From Nostoc sp. DedSLP01 (GTDB lineage: Bacteria; Cyanobacteriota; Cyanobacteriia; Cyanobacteriales; Nostocaceae), in NCBI GenBank assembly GCA_034530875.2, contig JAVRCJ020000027.1, positions 32,001-96,000 of the forward strand: a DNA stretch of 64,000 nucleotides, in the 5' to 3' direction. The notes under the pieces are model-generated. The model was not told where the DNA came from. It was given only the letters and a program-made list of their open reading frames with translations, and made no database searches. The position numbers and the translations under genes are program-made. Positions 1 through 9,349 of this stretch are shown one piece after another (within the stretch, counting starts at the first letter, position 1; each line of letters starts with the position of its first letter).

Positions 1-47
1 TACGATTTCTAGAAGACAATAGCAATTTTGGATTAGATAAGCCAGAT

Positions 48-1346
48 ATGCTACTCAATGACCGCTACCATATCCTTAAAACTTTAGGACAAGGAGGCTT
101 TAGTAAAACGTTTCTCGCCCTTGATAAAAAATTCCTACAACATAGCCAATCTTTTGATGATTTACCATCAAAGGTGTGTGTCATCAAACAATTTTTACCC
201 CAGCATGAAATTGACTCTGATAACCAAAAAGCCTTTGAACTATTTCAGCAAGAATCTCTATTTTTAGCAGAACTCGGTAAGCATTCTCAAATTCCCCAAC
301 TACTAGATACTTTTGAGCAAGAAGGTCAACAGTATTTAGTTGAAGAATGGGTGGATGGACAAAACTTAGAGCAGGAATTAGCTGAGGCTGGAGCATTTCA
401 TGAAGCAGACATTAGGCAGTTACTTGGAGAATTGCTGCCTTTATTGCAGTTTATTCACGCTCATCAAGTAATTCACCGAGATATCAAACCAGCTAATATT
501 ATTCGTCGCCGAAAAGACCGCCAATTATTTTTAGTAGATTTTGGAGTTGCTAAATATAACTGGCAGAATTTTAAAACTGGGACAATGATTGGTAGTGCTG
601 AATATGCTGCACCAGAACAGCTTCGAGGTAAACCTGTATTTGCCAGCGACCTTTACAGCTTGGGTACTACTTGCCTACATTTGCTTACCCAAATGTCGCC
701 ATTTGACCTCTATGATTGTAATGAAAATGTTTGGATATGGCGCTCATATTTAGTTGAGCAGATAAGTCCATCTCTAGAGAAAATTCTCTGCAAATTAGTG
801 CAACCAGCAACTAAATTTCGCTATCATTTTGCAGCAGAAGCACTGATAGATTTGAATAATTTACCAACACAATTTGGTGGTTTATCAAAACCTTCTGCCA
901 AGATAGACATAGATAGCGACTTTGAAACTCCTTACTTTGGGTTAAGGCGTGAACCAGATTTACTTGGTTCTGTAACATCGTTTGCAGATAGTTCTGTCAC
1001 ATCTTTGACTATTTTTGACCCGAAAACAAAAATTTGGCATTACTTTCCTGCAAAAACCGAAGGTGACGAACTGACGCGAAAAGTAGCAGCATTTTTAAGC
1101 CACCATATAGCTGCGGCGGCTGCTACGTCTGCTGTACAAGAGAAAAAATTGACTGCGGTTGATAAAAAAGCTAGGCACAAACTAAACAATATGTACCAGA
1201 TAATTGTCACTGCGATCGCCTTTACAATTGCTTGTCTAACTTTAGCAGTCGAATCAAACTCAATTCCTACCAATTTGAAAGCTAAAATCTCAAAGAATTT
1301 TCAGCAATTTATAAACATCGGACAAAAGCAAAAACCGCTGCATTGA
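48..1346 (+). CDS. Hanks-type Ser/Thr protein kinase with C-terminal hydrophobic segment; frame is open to the window edge so the true start may lie upstream
   Basis: LGQGGFS P-loop, VIKQ lysine, HRDIKPAN, DFG, YAAPEQ, SDLYSLG motifs; IIVTAIAFTIACLTLAV putative TM. Confidence 0.9.
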   Translation: MLLNDRYHILKTLGQGGFSKTFLALDKKFLQHSQSFDDLPSKVCVIKQFLPQHEIDSDNQKAFELFQQESLFLAELGKHSQIPQLLDTFEQEGQQYLVEEWVDGQNLEQELAEAGAFHEADIRQLLGELLPLLQFIHAHQVIHRDIKPANIIRRRKDRQLFLVDFGVAKYNWQNFKTGTMIGSAEYAAPEQLRGKPVFASDLYSLGTTCLHLLTQMSPFDLYDCNENVWIWRSYLVEQISPSLEKILCKLVQPATKFRYHFAAEALIDLNNLPTQFGGLSKPSAKIDIDSDFETPYFGLRREPDLLGSVTSFADSSVTSLTIFDPKTKIWHYFPAKTEGDELTRKVAAFLSHHIAAAAATSAVQEKKLTAVDKKARHKLNNMYQIIVTAIAFTIACLTLAVESNSIPTNLKAKISKNFQQFINIGQKQKPLH

Positions 1347-1883
1347 GTCAACATAAAGATAAGAAATATTTGCCAAAAATCAGAGTCAAAAATAAGAAAG
1401 TAAAATCGAATAACGGATTTAAGGCAAGTGAAGTAGTAGCGTAAATGCTCTAGTGCAAAATTGGTAATTCGCCTTTTTTGCTATTTATAGCTGACTTCAA
1501 TAACAAAAATGATAGCAGCTTAGTGAGGTAGAAATTATTTTCAGGACATAACATTGTTGTGCCCCTAGCTTTGTACCTCAGATTTAAACCCCAAAACCTA
1601 GATTTTGCTGAAGTTTCTTAATTTTTAATTGATATTATTTATGCTAAAAATAATAATTTATACAAAAATCTAATGAAGTAAATAAAGACAGCTTCCTCTA
1701 CTCTTGTAACTGCTACTACAGTTCAGCCAAATCAAAGAATTTGGTGTTTAATTCCAATCTTCAAGAATTTCCTATAAAATTAGCTATATTTCTGAATATA
1801 GATTGTTTAGTTGACAAATAAACACAAATAAACAGATGTTTATTTTTATATAACCTTTATTTTTCCTCAAAATATATCTAAAC

Positions 1884-2267
1884 GTGCATATTTTCTCCAT
1901 AAAATCATGCACAATAACATTAGAGTTAAATAAAAAATGTTTTGTGGATAACAATCGAAGCGCAATCGAACCAAGCCTGTTTGGTGTTTTAATCCAACCC
2001 AATAGTATTTATCCTGGCATTCATTTAAATGAAATTCAGTTACCTGAAAAATGTAGTTTCTTAGGAATTTTAAGAGAAGACCGTATTATCCCTGCACAAG
2101 AGAATCCTGAAATTTATTCTGGAGACTACATCCTAGCAATAGCGATGCATCCGATGATGGTTCCAGCACTAAAAGTCACTCTTAAGAAAATCCATTCTGT
2201 TTATTATTCGCTGAATACTTGTTTGCTAGAGTCTCGACCTGTAACCAGCAAAGTTTCTCTATTTTAA
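1884..2267 (+). CDS. stand-alone TrkA-C (RCK C-terminal) domain protein
   Basis: IQPNSIYPGIHLNEIQLPE...LGILREDRII...IYSGDYILAI resembles TrkA_C; start uncertain. Confidence 0.6.
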   Translation: MHIFSIKSCTITLELNKKCFVDNNRSAIEPSLFGVLIQPNSIYPGIHLNEIQLPEKCSFLGILREDRIIPAQENPEIYSGDYILAIAMHPMMVPALKVTLKKIHSVYYSLNTCLLESRPVTSKVSLF

Positions 2268-2344
2268 TGAAAATAAGAAGATTGAATAAATTATGATAAC
2301 AATCAATTAAACAAAACTTATCTCATGGGAAATAGAGATTTAAT

Positions 2345-2737
2345 ATGCAATTTTTGGAGATACAGCAATTTTGTCTAGCCACGCTAATAAGTGATAATCA
2401 ATATAATTTGTTTGAAGCTAAAGCGGTGGAGATAACACATAATAATAGGAAACCTCAGGATGGAGAAATACCGACATTCTTAGTATTTTTAGCTCCTGTT
2501 TGCTTTATGATTGTTGGGGTTGCTTTCTGGGTTATTATTTCCAAGATTTTGAAGATTACACAAAATAAACATGGCACGTCAAACATCGATCGCCTAAATC
2601 AATACCCATGTAGAAACTGTAAATTTTTTGATGACAATAATTATATAAAGTGTGCAGTCAAGCCCTCGGTTGTTCTAACAAAACAAGCACGCGACTGCCC
2701 TGAATACCAGTCTGCTGATAGAAAAAACTTGGCTTGA
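2345..2737 (+). CDS. small membrane protein with C-terminal four-Cys motif
   Basis: one TM segment followed by PCRNC...KCAVKP...DCPEY. Confidence 0.65.
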   Translation: MQFLEIQQFCLATLISDNQYNLFEAKAVEITHNNRKPQDGEIPTFLVFLAPVCFMIVGVAFWVIISKILKITQNKHGTSNIDRLNQYPCRNCKFFDDNNYIKCAVKPSVVLTKQARDCPEYQSADRKNLA

Positions 2738-2791
2738 GTGGATACTAAACAATATTCAAGTAAAATCTAATTCTAGAACTAGCTTTAGATA

Positions 2792-3322
2792 ATGATTTAC
2801 CTTCTACGTCCTCTTCTTCTTGTAGCACTTGTCTTAACTCCCGCTTTGGTTATTCAAGGAAATGATTTTCTGCGTCACTATGCAATGAAACAGCTTCAAG
2901 AAAAAAGGCAATGTATTGGCTGTAAATTATCGGGAGTAAATTTGTCAGGGTTTAACTTACAAGGTGTTGATTTGCGTTCAACAGACCTCCAGGGTGGTAA
3001 TCTAAAAAATGCCAATCTCCGATATGCAAATTTGCAGTGGGTAGACTTGCGAGACGCAAATTTACAAGGAGCCGATTTGACTGGAGCAAACTTGAGTTTT
3101 ACCTTGCTAGTTAATGCCAATTTACAAGGAGCAAATCTAGAAGTATCTAACCTAAAAATGACTGCTTTGAGAAATAGTAATCTTAGCCATGCAAATCTTC
3201 TCAAAGCATCCATAAGCCAGAATATTCAGAATAGCCATTCTGTAAATCTGTGCGAAACAATACTACCGAATGGCTCGATATCAGGGCGTTGCAACAATAT
3301 ATCTGACGGCAAAAGCTTATAG
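2792..3322 (+). CDS. exported pentapeptide-repeat protein
   Basis: signal-like N-terminus, CIGCKL then A(D/N)LXX repeats, LCETILPNG end. Confidence 0.9.
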   Translation: MIYLLRPLLLVALVLTPALVIQGNDFLRHYAMKQLQEKRQCIGCKLSGVNLSGFNLQGVDLRSTDLQGGNLKNANLRYANLQWVDLRDANLQGADLTGANLSFTLLVNANLQGANLEVSNLKMTALRNSNLSHANLLKASISQNIQNSHSVNLCETILPNGSISGRCNNISDGKSL

Positions 3323-4024
3323 TCGATTTTTGGTTGGGATCACAATCATGGCGAAATACGGGACTTCTGCCGGGTCAACTTCATCCAAGGGTATGATGCG
3401 TTGCTGTGTCATTGTTGCGCGTTCAATATATCTGGCACGCGATGCAAGCCCTAATTTATGTAGAATGTCGCGCACTTTGGTAAAGTGACGGCCTAGTTTC
3501 ATAATTGCCGCTGCATCGGTCATTAACAGTTGTGTTGTTAGTTCTTCTGCTGGTAATGGCGCAGGTAAGACGGTGAGAATATCGTTGTAGTAAGTGAAAG
3601 GTACGCCCAAGGCTACCGGACAAGCCATGAGTGAGGAAACTCCAGGGACAACTTCTATTTGGTACTCTTCACATAATCGCGTGAACACGTACATGAAGGA
3701 GCCATAGAAAAAGGGATCGCCTTCACACAACACTGCGACATCTCGACCGGCTGCTAAATGAGTCGCGATTGGTTCAACTTCTTTGTCATAAATTGATTTG
3801 GCTTTTTCTGGTTCTAAAGCGCGGGGGAGGTGAAATAATACCTCGATTTGATCCCCGGTTAGATACTGCGCCACGATCGCTCTAGCAATACTCTCACGAT
3901 CTGTAGCCGATTGATATGCTATCACAGGAGCCGCCCGTAATAGCCGCAGCCCTTTAAGGGTCAATAATTCAGGATCGCCAGGGCCGACACCAATTCCATA
4001 AAGACGACCTTTGGTATTCATCAT
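3317..4024 (-). CDS. cobI: precorrin-2 C20-methyltransferase
   Basis: GIGVGPGDPELLT, LCEGDPFFYGSF, VVPGVSS, PYFA motifs; 4-nt overlap with cobH. Confidence 0.93.
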   Translation of the reverse strand: MMNTKGRLYGIGVGPGDPELLTLKGLRLLRAAPVIAYQSATDRESIARAIVAQYLTGDQIEVLFHLPRALEPEKAKSIYDKEVEPIATHLAAGRDVAVLCEGDPFFYGSFMYVFTRLCEEYQIEVVPGVSSLMACPVALGVPFTYYNDILTVLPAPLPAEELTTQLLMTDAAAIMKLGRHFTKVRDILHKLGLASRARYIERATMTQQRIIPLDEVDPAEVPYFAMIVIPTKNRL

Positions 4025-4647
4025 TCTTCCTCCGTTGCCAAGGCGTTAACTGCGGCGGCGGCGATCGCACTACCACCGCGCCGACCATGTAATGTTAAAA
4101 ATGGTACATTTCTGCTGTCTGCTGCCAATGCGGCTTTTGATTCGGCGGCACCGACAAAACCGACTGGAAAGCCTAATATTATAGCCGGCTTTGGCGCTCC
4201 TGCATCAAGCATTTCTAATAATCTAAAGAGGGCGGTGGGGGCATTGCCAATTGCTACTACTGAGTTTTCCAGGTGCGATCGCCATAATTCTAAAGCTGCT
4301 GCTGACCTTGTTGTATCAAGGCTTTTGGCTATTTCTGTGACTTGGGGATCGTTGAGGGTACAGATAACTTCGTTGTTTGCACTTAAGCGGCGTCTGGTGA
4401 CGCCTTCGGCGACCATGCGGCAATCGCAGAGAATTGGCGCTCCGGCTGCTAGTGCTTTTCTTGCGGATTGTACTGCTGTTGGTGAATATTCTAAGTCGGT
4501 GACGATATCCGTCATTCCACAGGCGTGGATGAGGCGTACTGCTACTTTTGCTACATCTGGAGGGAGGATGTCTAGGTTGGCTTCTGAACGGATGATGGCG
4601 AAGGAGTTACGGTAGATTTCGTTGGCGTCTCGGATGTAGTCGGGCAT
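4021..4647 (-). CDS. cobH: precorrin-8X methylmutase
   Basis: IYRNSFAII, RLIHACG, TRSAAA, IGNAPTAL, PVGFVGAAESK, GRRGGSAIAAA. Confidence 0.95.
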   Translation of the reverse strand: MPDYIRDANEIYRNSFAIIRSEANLDILPPDVAKVAVRLIHACGMTDIVTDLEYSPTAVQSARKALAAGAPILCDCRMVAEGVTRRRLSANNEVICTLNDPQVTEIAKSLDTTRSAAALELWRSHLENSVVAIGNAPTALFRLLEMLDAGAPKPAIILGFPVGFVGAAESKAALAADSRNVPFLTLHGRRGGSAIAAAAVNALATEEE

Positions 4648-4699
4648 TCAATTTTGGATTTTAAATTTTGGATTGGCTGGGAGTGATGAATATTTTTTT

Positions 4700-4774
4700 C
4701 ACGCAGAGGCGCAGAGGAGGACACTTCTGTGGGCGGGTTTCCCGACTTGAGGAAAGTGTCCGTCGCGCGGAGAG
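4700..4774. repeat. short dispersed hairpin element in a CACGCAGAGGCGCAGAG scaffold
   Basis: GGACACTT...AAGTGTCC arms; core GGGCGGGTTTCCCGACTT recurs inverted with one mismatch near 20563-20580. Confidence 0.6.
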
Positions 4775-4785
4775 GGGGAGAGATT

Positions 4786-6165
4786 TTAGATGGGGTTTTG
4801 GGGTTGGATTTTATGGGTTTGTATGATTTGTTCTATTAATGGGGGTAGTTCGGGGAAGGTGACGTATTGGTATAGTTCGCGGCCGAATTTGTGGGGGCTG
4901 TTGGTGTCGGCAAGATATATGTGGTAGGCTTCGACTGTTTGATTGTCTGCTTCTAAGTTGACGCCGAGTAGGGTGATGTCACTTTGGCTGTGTTGGGCGC
5001 AGGATTTTTGGCAACCAGTGAAGTGGATGTTAATTGGGTGTTGGAGGGTGAGGCGGGTTTCGAGATATTCTGCTAATGCTAATGCATGAGTTTTGGTGTC
5101 GGTGGCAGAAGCGGCACAACCTTTGTTACCGGAACAGGCAATTAAGCCACTCTTGATGTTGGTTGCTGAGGTATTCAATCCTAAAAGTGTTATTTCATTT
5201 TGGATGTCGGCAAGGTTTTGCTGAGGAATATCTGTTAAAAGTAAATTCTGCCAGGGAGTTAGTCTAATTCCACTGCCGTATTTTGCTGCTAAATCGGCTA
5301 AACCCCGCATCTGTCTACTTTCTAGGCGTCCCAGAGGTAGGGCGACACCAATGTAAAATAATCCTTCCTGCCGTTGGGGATGGATGCCTATATGTTGATA
5401 TTTACTATCTATTTTCTGGGCAACTGGGGATTTTTCACTGGGGGAAAGAGGAAAAGGTAGAAGTTGCTGAACTTCCTGAAGATAATTTTCACAACCTAAA
5501 GTATTTAATAAGTCTCTCAAACGTAGGCGACGCTGATGATTAATATCAGTATGATTCAGGTAAACATCTGTTAAAGCTGCTAAGACGGGTAAACATTCGT
5601 TTGGCGATAACAAAATTTTCATATCGCTGGGCGGTTGCCCTTTCGCGCCTACACTGAGATGGAGGCGGAAGTAAACTTCGTTATCAACTAAGACAGCAGC
5701 AAATAGGATATCATTTAGGCGATCGCGCACTTGAACTATGCCACCACCATCAAAGCAAACGCTAAATTTGGCTGATAGTGCCGATAATGCTGGATGTGTT
5801 GCAATATAATCATCCCAAGCTTGGACAAAAGGACGAGTATCGATTAATTCTTCGGGGTCGATACCAGCTGTGGGGCTGGTCATAATATTACGAATGCGGT
5901 CTACATCGCTATTGCGAGAACCGAGTCCGATATCCTGTAAATGGTTGAGAACTTGAGAATTTATCGAAGTACGGATTTCGCGGATTTGCAGGTTAGCTCG
6001 ATTAGTCACATCGACATAGCCGCCGCCGTAGTCATCTGCTATATCTGCGATCGCACGGCATTGTTGACTACTAATTATCCCACCTGGGATTCTCACGCGA
6101 GATAGTATACCATCTTCGGCGGGTGTAGCATAAAACAAGCCAGGACAAGTGGCACCTGAAAGCAA
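4786..6165 (-). CDS. cobG: precorrin-3B synthase (nitrite/sulfite reductase-like); likely TTG start at 6165 rather than 6240
   Basis: CPGLF..DG, TNRANLQIR, LSAKF, RLTPWQ, ACSGNKGC, HFTGCQKSCA; GAAGGAG SD just upstream of TTG 6165. Confidence 0.88.
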   Translation of the reverse strand: MLSGATCPGLFYATPAEDGILSRVRIPGGIISSQQCRAIADIADDYGGGYVDVTNRANLQIREIRTSINSQVLNHLQDIGLGSRNSDVDRIRNIMTSPTAGIDPEELIDTRPFVQAWDDYIATHPALSALSAKFSVCFDGGGIVQVRDRLNDILFAAVLVDNEVYFRLHLSVGAKGQPPSDMKILLSPNECLPVLAALTDVYLNHTDINHQRRLRLRDLLNTLGCENYLQEVQQLLPFPLSPSEKSPVAQKIDSKYQHIGIHPQRQEGLFYIGVALPLGRLESRQMRGLADLAAKYGSGIRLTPWQNLLLTDIPQQNLADIQNEITLLGLNTSATNIKSGLIACSGNKGCAASATDTKTHALALAEYLETRLTLQHPINIHFTGCQKSCAQHSQSDITLLGVNLEADNQTVEAYHIYLADTNSPHKFGRELYQYVTFPELPPLIEQIIQTHKIQPQNPI

Positions 6166-6167
6166 AC

Positions 6168-6312
6168 TGAGAACTCCTTCCCCGTGCAACGCAGGGAGTA
6201 GATGGTATATGTGTCCTAAAGACATCCTGAGAGTTGGCATTCTGACTTAGACGATTCATCACAGTTGCGGCACAGTCCCGGAATTTCACCGGAGTTTCCC
6301 AACCCCAAGCTT
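6168..6312 (-). promoter_or_regulatory. cobalamin riboswitch (compact form) with expression platform
   Basis: minus strand reads GGGAAACTCCGGTGAAATTCCGGGACTGTGCCGCAACTGT...AAGTCAGAATGCC (B12 box), directly upstream of cobG. Confidence 0.92.
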
Positions 6313-6452
6313 TAGTAATTTAGCACAACAAGGCCGTGATTAAGTTGGATGCTTCATATTTTGAATTAACATATTGATGGCAAACACAACACAAGTAAAT
6401 TGCTAGATTAAATTAGTGCAATCTACTCAATTCAGGCTACCGCCACAACGTC

Positions 6453-8660
6453 GTGATTAATGGGCTTTTAGAAAAACTCCGCGTTCCCTTTGTCCAAGAT
6501 CGGGATTTGGGTAAAACCTCCTTAAGTAATAGTTGGCTACAAATTATTTTGGCTACCAGTGTGGGAGTCACCGGTTTAATCTGGGGAGTTCGGGAACTCA
6601 AATGGTTGCAGCCTTGGGAGTTAAGAGTTTACGATCAAATGTTGCGATCGCGTCCTGTAGAAGCACGCGATAAGCGAATTTTGCTGGTAACAATCTCTGA
6701 TGGTGATCTCCAACGAGAGAAACAAAATCTATCAGATACTAAAATTAATCAACTGTTACAAAAAATAGAGTTATATAAACCGCGTATTGTTGGTTTATAT
6801 CTTTTTCGCTCGGAAGATAAAAATTTAGCAACAATTCAACAAAATCAAGAGAATATTATTAGCACTTGCTTGTATAGTAGCGTCGGTAGATCGGAAATTC
6901 CACCACCGCCTAATTTTCCCATAGATAATGTTGGCTTTAGCGATGTAGTTGCCGATCATGAAAATGACCAAATTCTCCGCCGCAGTTTGCTATTTGCTCA
7001 ATCTACAGACGAACAATGTACGACATCATTTGGATTTGGGGCGCTAATCGCAATTAATTATTTGGAAAAACAAGGTATTGAATACCAGTTTACAAAAAAA
7101 GGAGATTTCGAGTTAGGTAAAACTATTTTCCCTCGTCTAAAAACTAATTCTGGCGGTTACCAACATTTTGACGCAAATGGCTATCAAATACTATTAAATT
7201 ATCGTCACCCCGATTATCTTGCCGATAGCGTGACGTTAACAGATGTTCTTAGCGATCGCGTTAATTCTAGTTTATTTAAAGACCGTCTGGTAATTATTGG
7301 CACTACCTCAGCTAGTCTCGGTTTAGGTAGCTTTTATACCCCTTACAGCAGTTTACCAGATCAACCGCCGAGAATGCCTGCTCTATTTATTCACGCACAA
7401 ATAGCGAGTCAACTAATCGGTACAGTGTTGGATGGGCGGCCTTTAATTTGGTACTGGCCTGACTGGGTAGAATTAATTTGGGTATGGGTCTGGGCAGTTT
7501 TAGGTAGTACTTTAGCATGGCGGTGGCGAAATCCGTTGCTGTTGTTAATTGTGGCAGGAGTAACCCTAGTTGTACTAGTGGGAATCTGCGTTATTTTGTT
7601 TCTTCAAGCCGGGTGGATACCGTTAATTCCTTCTGCTTTGGCGTTAACGATTAGTAGTATTGGTGTAATGGCTTATACTAATTACCAAAATCAGCGGCAA
7701 ACTCAGGTAATTATTCTACAAGTTGAAAAACAACAAGAAGCGATCGCACAATTAAATTTACTCTTAGAAGATAAGACAGCAATTCCAGATTCACAGCTTG
7801 ATTTTCCTGACACAATTGATTCACCACACAAAAAATCTGGAGATTTGCTTTTAGGGGGACGTTACCGCATCTCAAGAGTCCTGGGTGCAGGTGGATTTGG
7901 TCGTACTTATTTAGCGCAAGATACTCAACGCCCAGGTAATCCGACTTGTGTCGTTAAACAATTAATGCCAGCCCGCCAAGATAGCAGATTTTTGCAAATT
8001 GCCCGGAGATTATTTAACAGCGAAGCCGAAATTTTAGAAACTTTGGGCAAACATCATCAAATACCCGAATTACTTGCTTATTTTGAAGATAATCAAGAAT
8101 TTTATTTAATTCAAGAATATATCGATGGGCATACTTTAAGTGAAGAATTGCCACCTATACAGGGCTTACATAACGAATCATTTGTGATTGTAATGCTCAA
8201 AGAAGTGTTAGAAATTTTGGTATTTGTTCATCAACATCGAGTGATTCATCGCGATTTAAAACCGACTAATATTATTAGACGTACTGAAGATAATCAATTG
8301 GTATTGATTGACTTTGGCGCTGTGAAATTAATGCAGCCACCGAATAGCGAACAAACAGAATTAGCAACAGTAGCCATTGGAACGCGGGGTTATGCGCCTC
8401 CAGAACAATTTGCCGGTCATCCTCGCTTGTGCAGCGATATTTACGCTTTAGGGATGATTGGCATTCAAGCGATAACTGGAATACTACCACACGAACTCCA
8501 TCCAAATCCAGAAACGGGTAATGTGATGTGGCGACAAACAGCGCAAGTCAGCGAAGAATTGGCAGTGATTTTAGATAAAATGGTTTGCTATCATTTTAGC
8601 GATCGCTATCAATCGGCTGCCGCCGTTTTACAAGATTTAAAACGTATTTCAATTAATTAA
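6453..8660 (+). CDS. CHASE2-domain transmembrane Ser/Thr kinase
   Basis: ELRVYDQMLRSRP, RLVIIGTT, IHAQIASQL CHASE2 motifs; 3 TMs; kinase HRDLKPTN, DFG. Confidence 0.93.
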   Translation: MINGLLEKLRVPFVQDRDLGKTSLSNSWLQIILATSVGVTGLIWGVRELKWLQPWELRVYDQMLRSRPVEARDKRILLVTISDGDLQREKQNLSDTKINQLLQKIELYKPRIVGLYLFRSEDKNLATIQQNQENIISTCLYSSVGRSEIPPPPNFPIDNVGFSDVVADHENDQILRRSLLFAQSTDEQCTTSFGFGALIAINYLEKQGIEYQFTKKGDFELGKTIFPRLKTNSGGYQHFDANGYQILLNYRHPDYLADSVTLTDVLSDRVNSSLFKDRLVIIGTTSASLGLGSFYTPYSSLPDQPPRMPALFIHAQIASQLIGTVLDGRPLIWYWPDWVELIWVWVWAVLGSTLAWRWRNPLLLLIVAGVTLVVLVGICVILFLQAGWIPLIPSALALTISSIGVMAYTNYQNQRQTQVIILQVEKQQEAIAQLNLLLEDKTAIPDSQLDFPDTIDSPHKKSGDLLLGGRYRISRVLGAGGFGRTYLAQDTQRPGNPTCVVKQLMPARQDSRFLQIARRLFNSEAEILETLGKHHQIPELLAYFEDNQEFYLIQEYIDGHTLSEELPPIQGLHNESFVIVMLKEVLEILVFVHQHRVIHRDLKPTNIIRRTEDNQLVLIDFGAVKLMQPPNSEQTELATVAIGTRGYAPPEQFAGHPRLCSDIYALGMIGIQAITGILPHELHPNPETGNVMWRQTAQVSEELAVILDKMVCYHFSDRYQSAAAVLQDLKRISIN

Positions 8661-8676
8661 AGTGAGATTTATCGTT

Positions 8677-9279
8677 ATGAATCCTAATGCTACTACAGCT
8701 GCCCAATACGATAGAATTGCCCAATGGTGGCAGATTCAGCATCAAGATTCGCTATACGGTATCGCGCAATTAGAGCGGGCTATAAAATTTACTTCTAAGC
8801 GGCACTCAGCTATTGACATAGGGTGTGGAAGCAGCGGACGTTTCATTAATGTCTTTTCCAAGTATGGTTTTCAGGCTGAAGGACTTGATATTTCCAGCCA
8901 AATGATCGATTTAGCCAAATCTCTGCATCCAGAAATTACATTTTACAACGAAGACATCTGCTGTTGGATTCCTCCAAAACTTTACAGCTTAATTTGTGCT
9001 TGGGACAGCACTTTTCATTTGCCACTAAATATGCAAGAGCCTGTTATGAAAAAATTATGCGATGCTCTTGAACCCGATGGAGTACTTCTGTTCACCTGCG
9101 GCGGCGGATATACAAAGGGTGAGATTTCAGGGTCATTTCAAGGTCTAAACTTTGACTACAGTACTTTGGGAGTAGATGCTTTCCTACAACTTCTGAGCGA
9201 GCATAACTGCACGTGTCGCCATCTGGAATATGACCAATATCCTGAAAATCATGTTTATATAATTGCTCAAAAAACTTAA
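8677..9279 (+). CDS. class I SAM-dependent methyltransferase
   Basis: IDIGCGSSG motif I, GLDISSQM, AWDSTFHLP; ATG 8677 or GTG 8662. Confidence 0.85.
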   Translation: MNPNATTAAQYDRIAQWWQIQHQDSLYGIAQLERAIKFTSKRHSAIDIGCGSSGRFINVFSKYGFQAEGLDISSQMIDLAKSLHPEITFYNEDICCWIPPKLYSLICAWDSTFHLPLNMQEPVMKKLCDALEPDGVLLFTCGGGYTKGEISGSFQGLNFDYSTLGVDAFLQLLSEHNCTCRHLEYDQYPENHVYIIAQKT

Positions 9280-9349
9280 CCGATCATTGCAATAGAAACA
9301 CGCTACATTTCATTATTAATCTACTAATAGGCATTGAGGAAGCAGAGCA

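Noticed and set aside
4235..4615. Antisense and alternate-frame ORFs inside well-supported genes (many in the track)
   Set aside because: Shadow ORFs of conserved genes with no independent evidence
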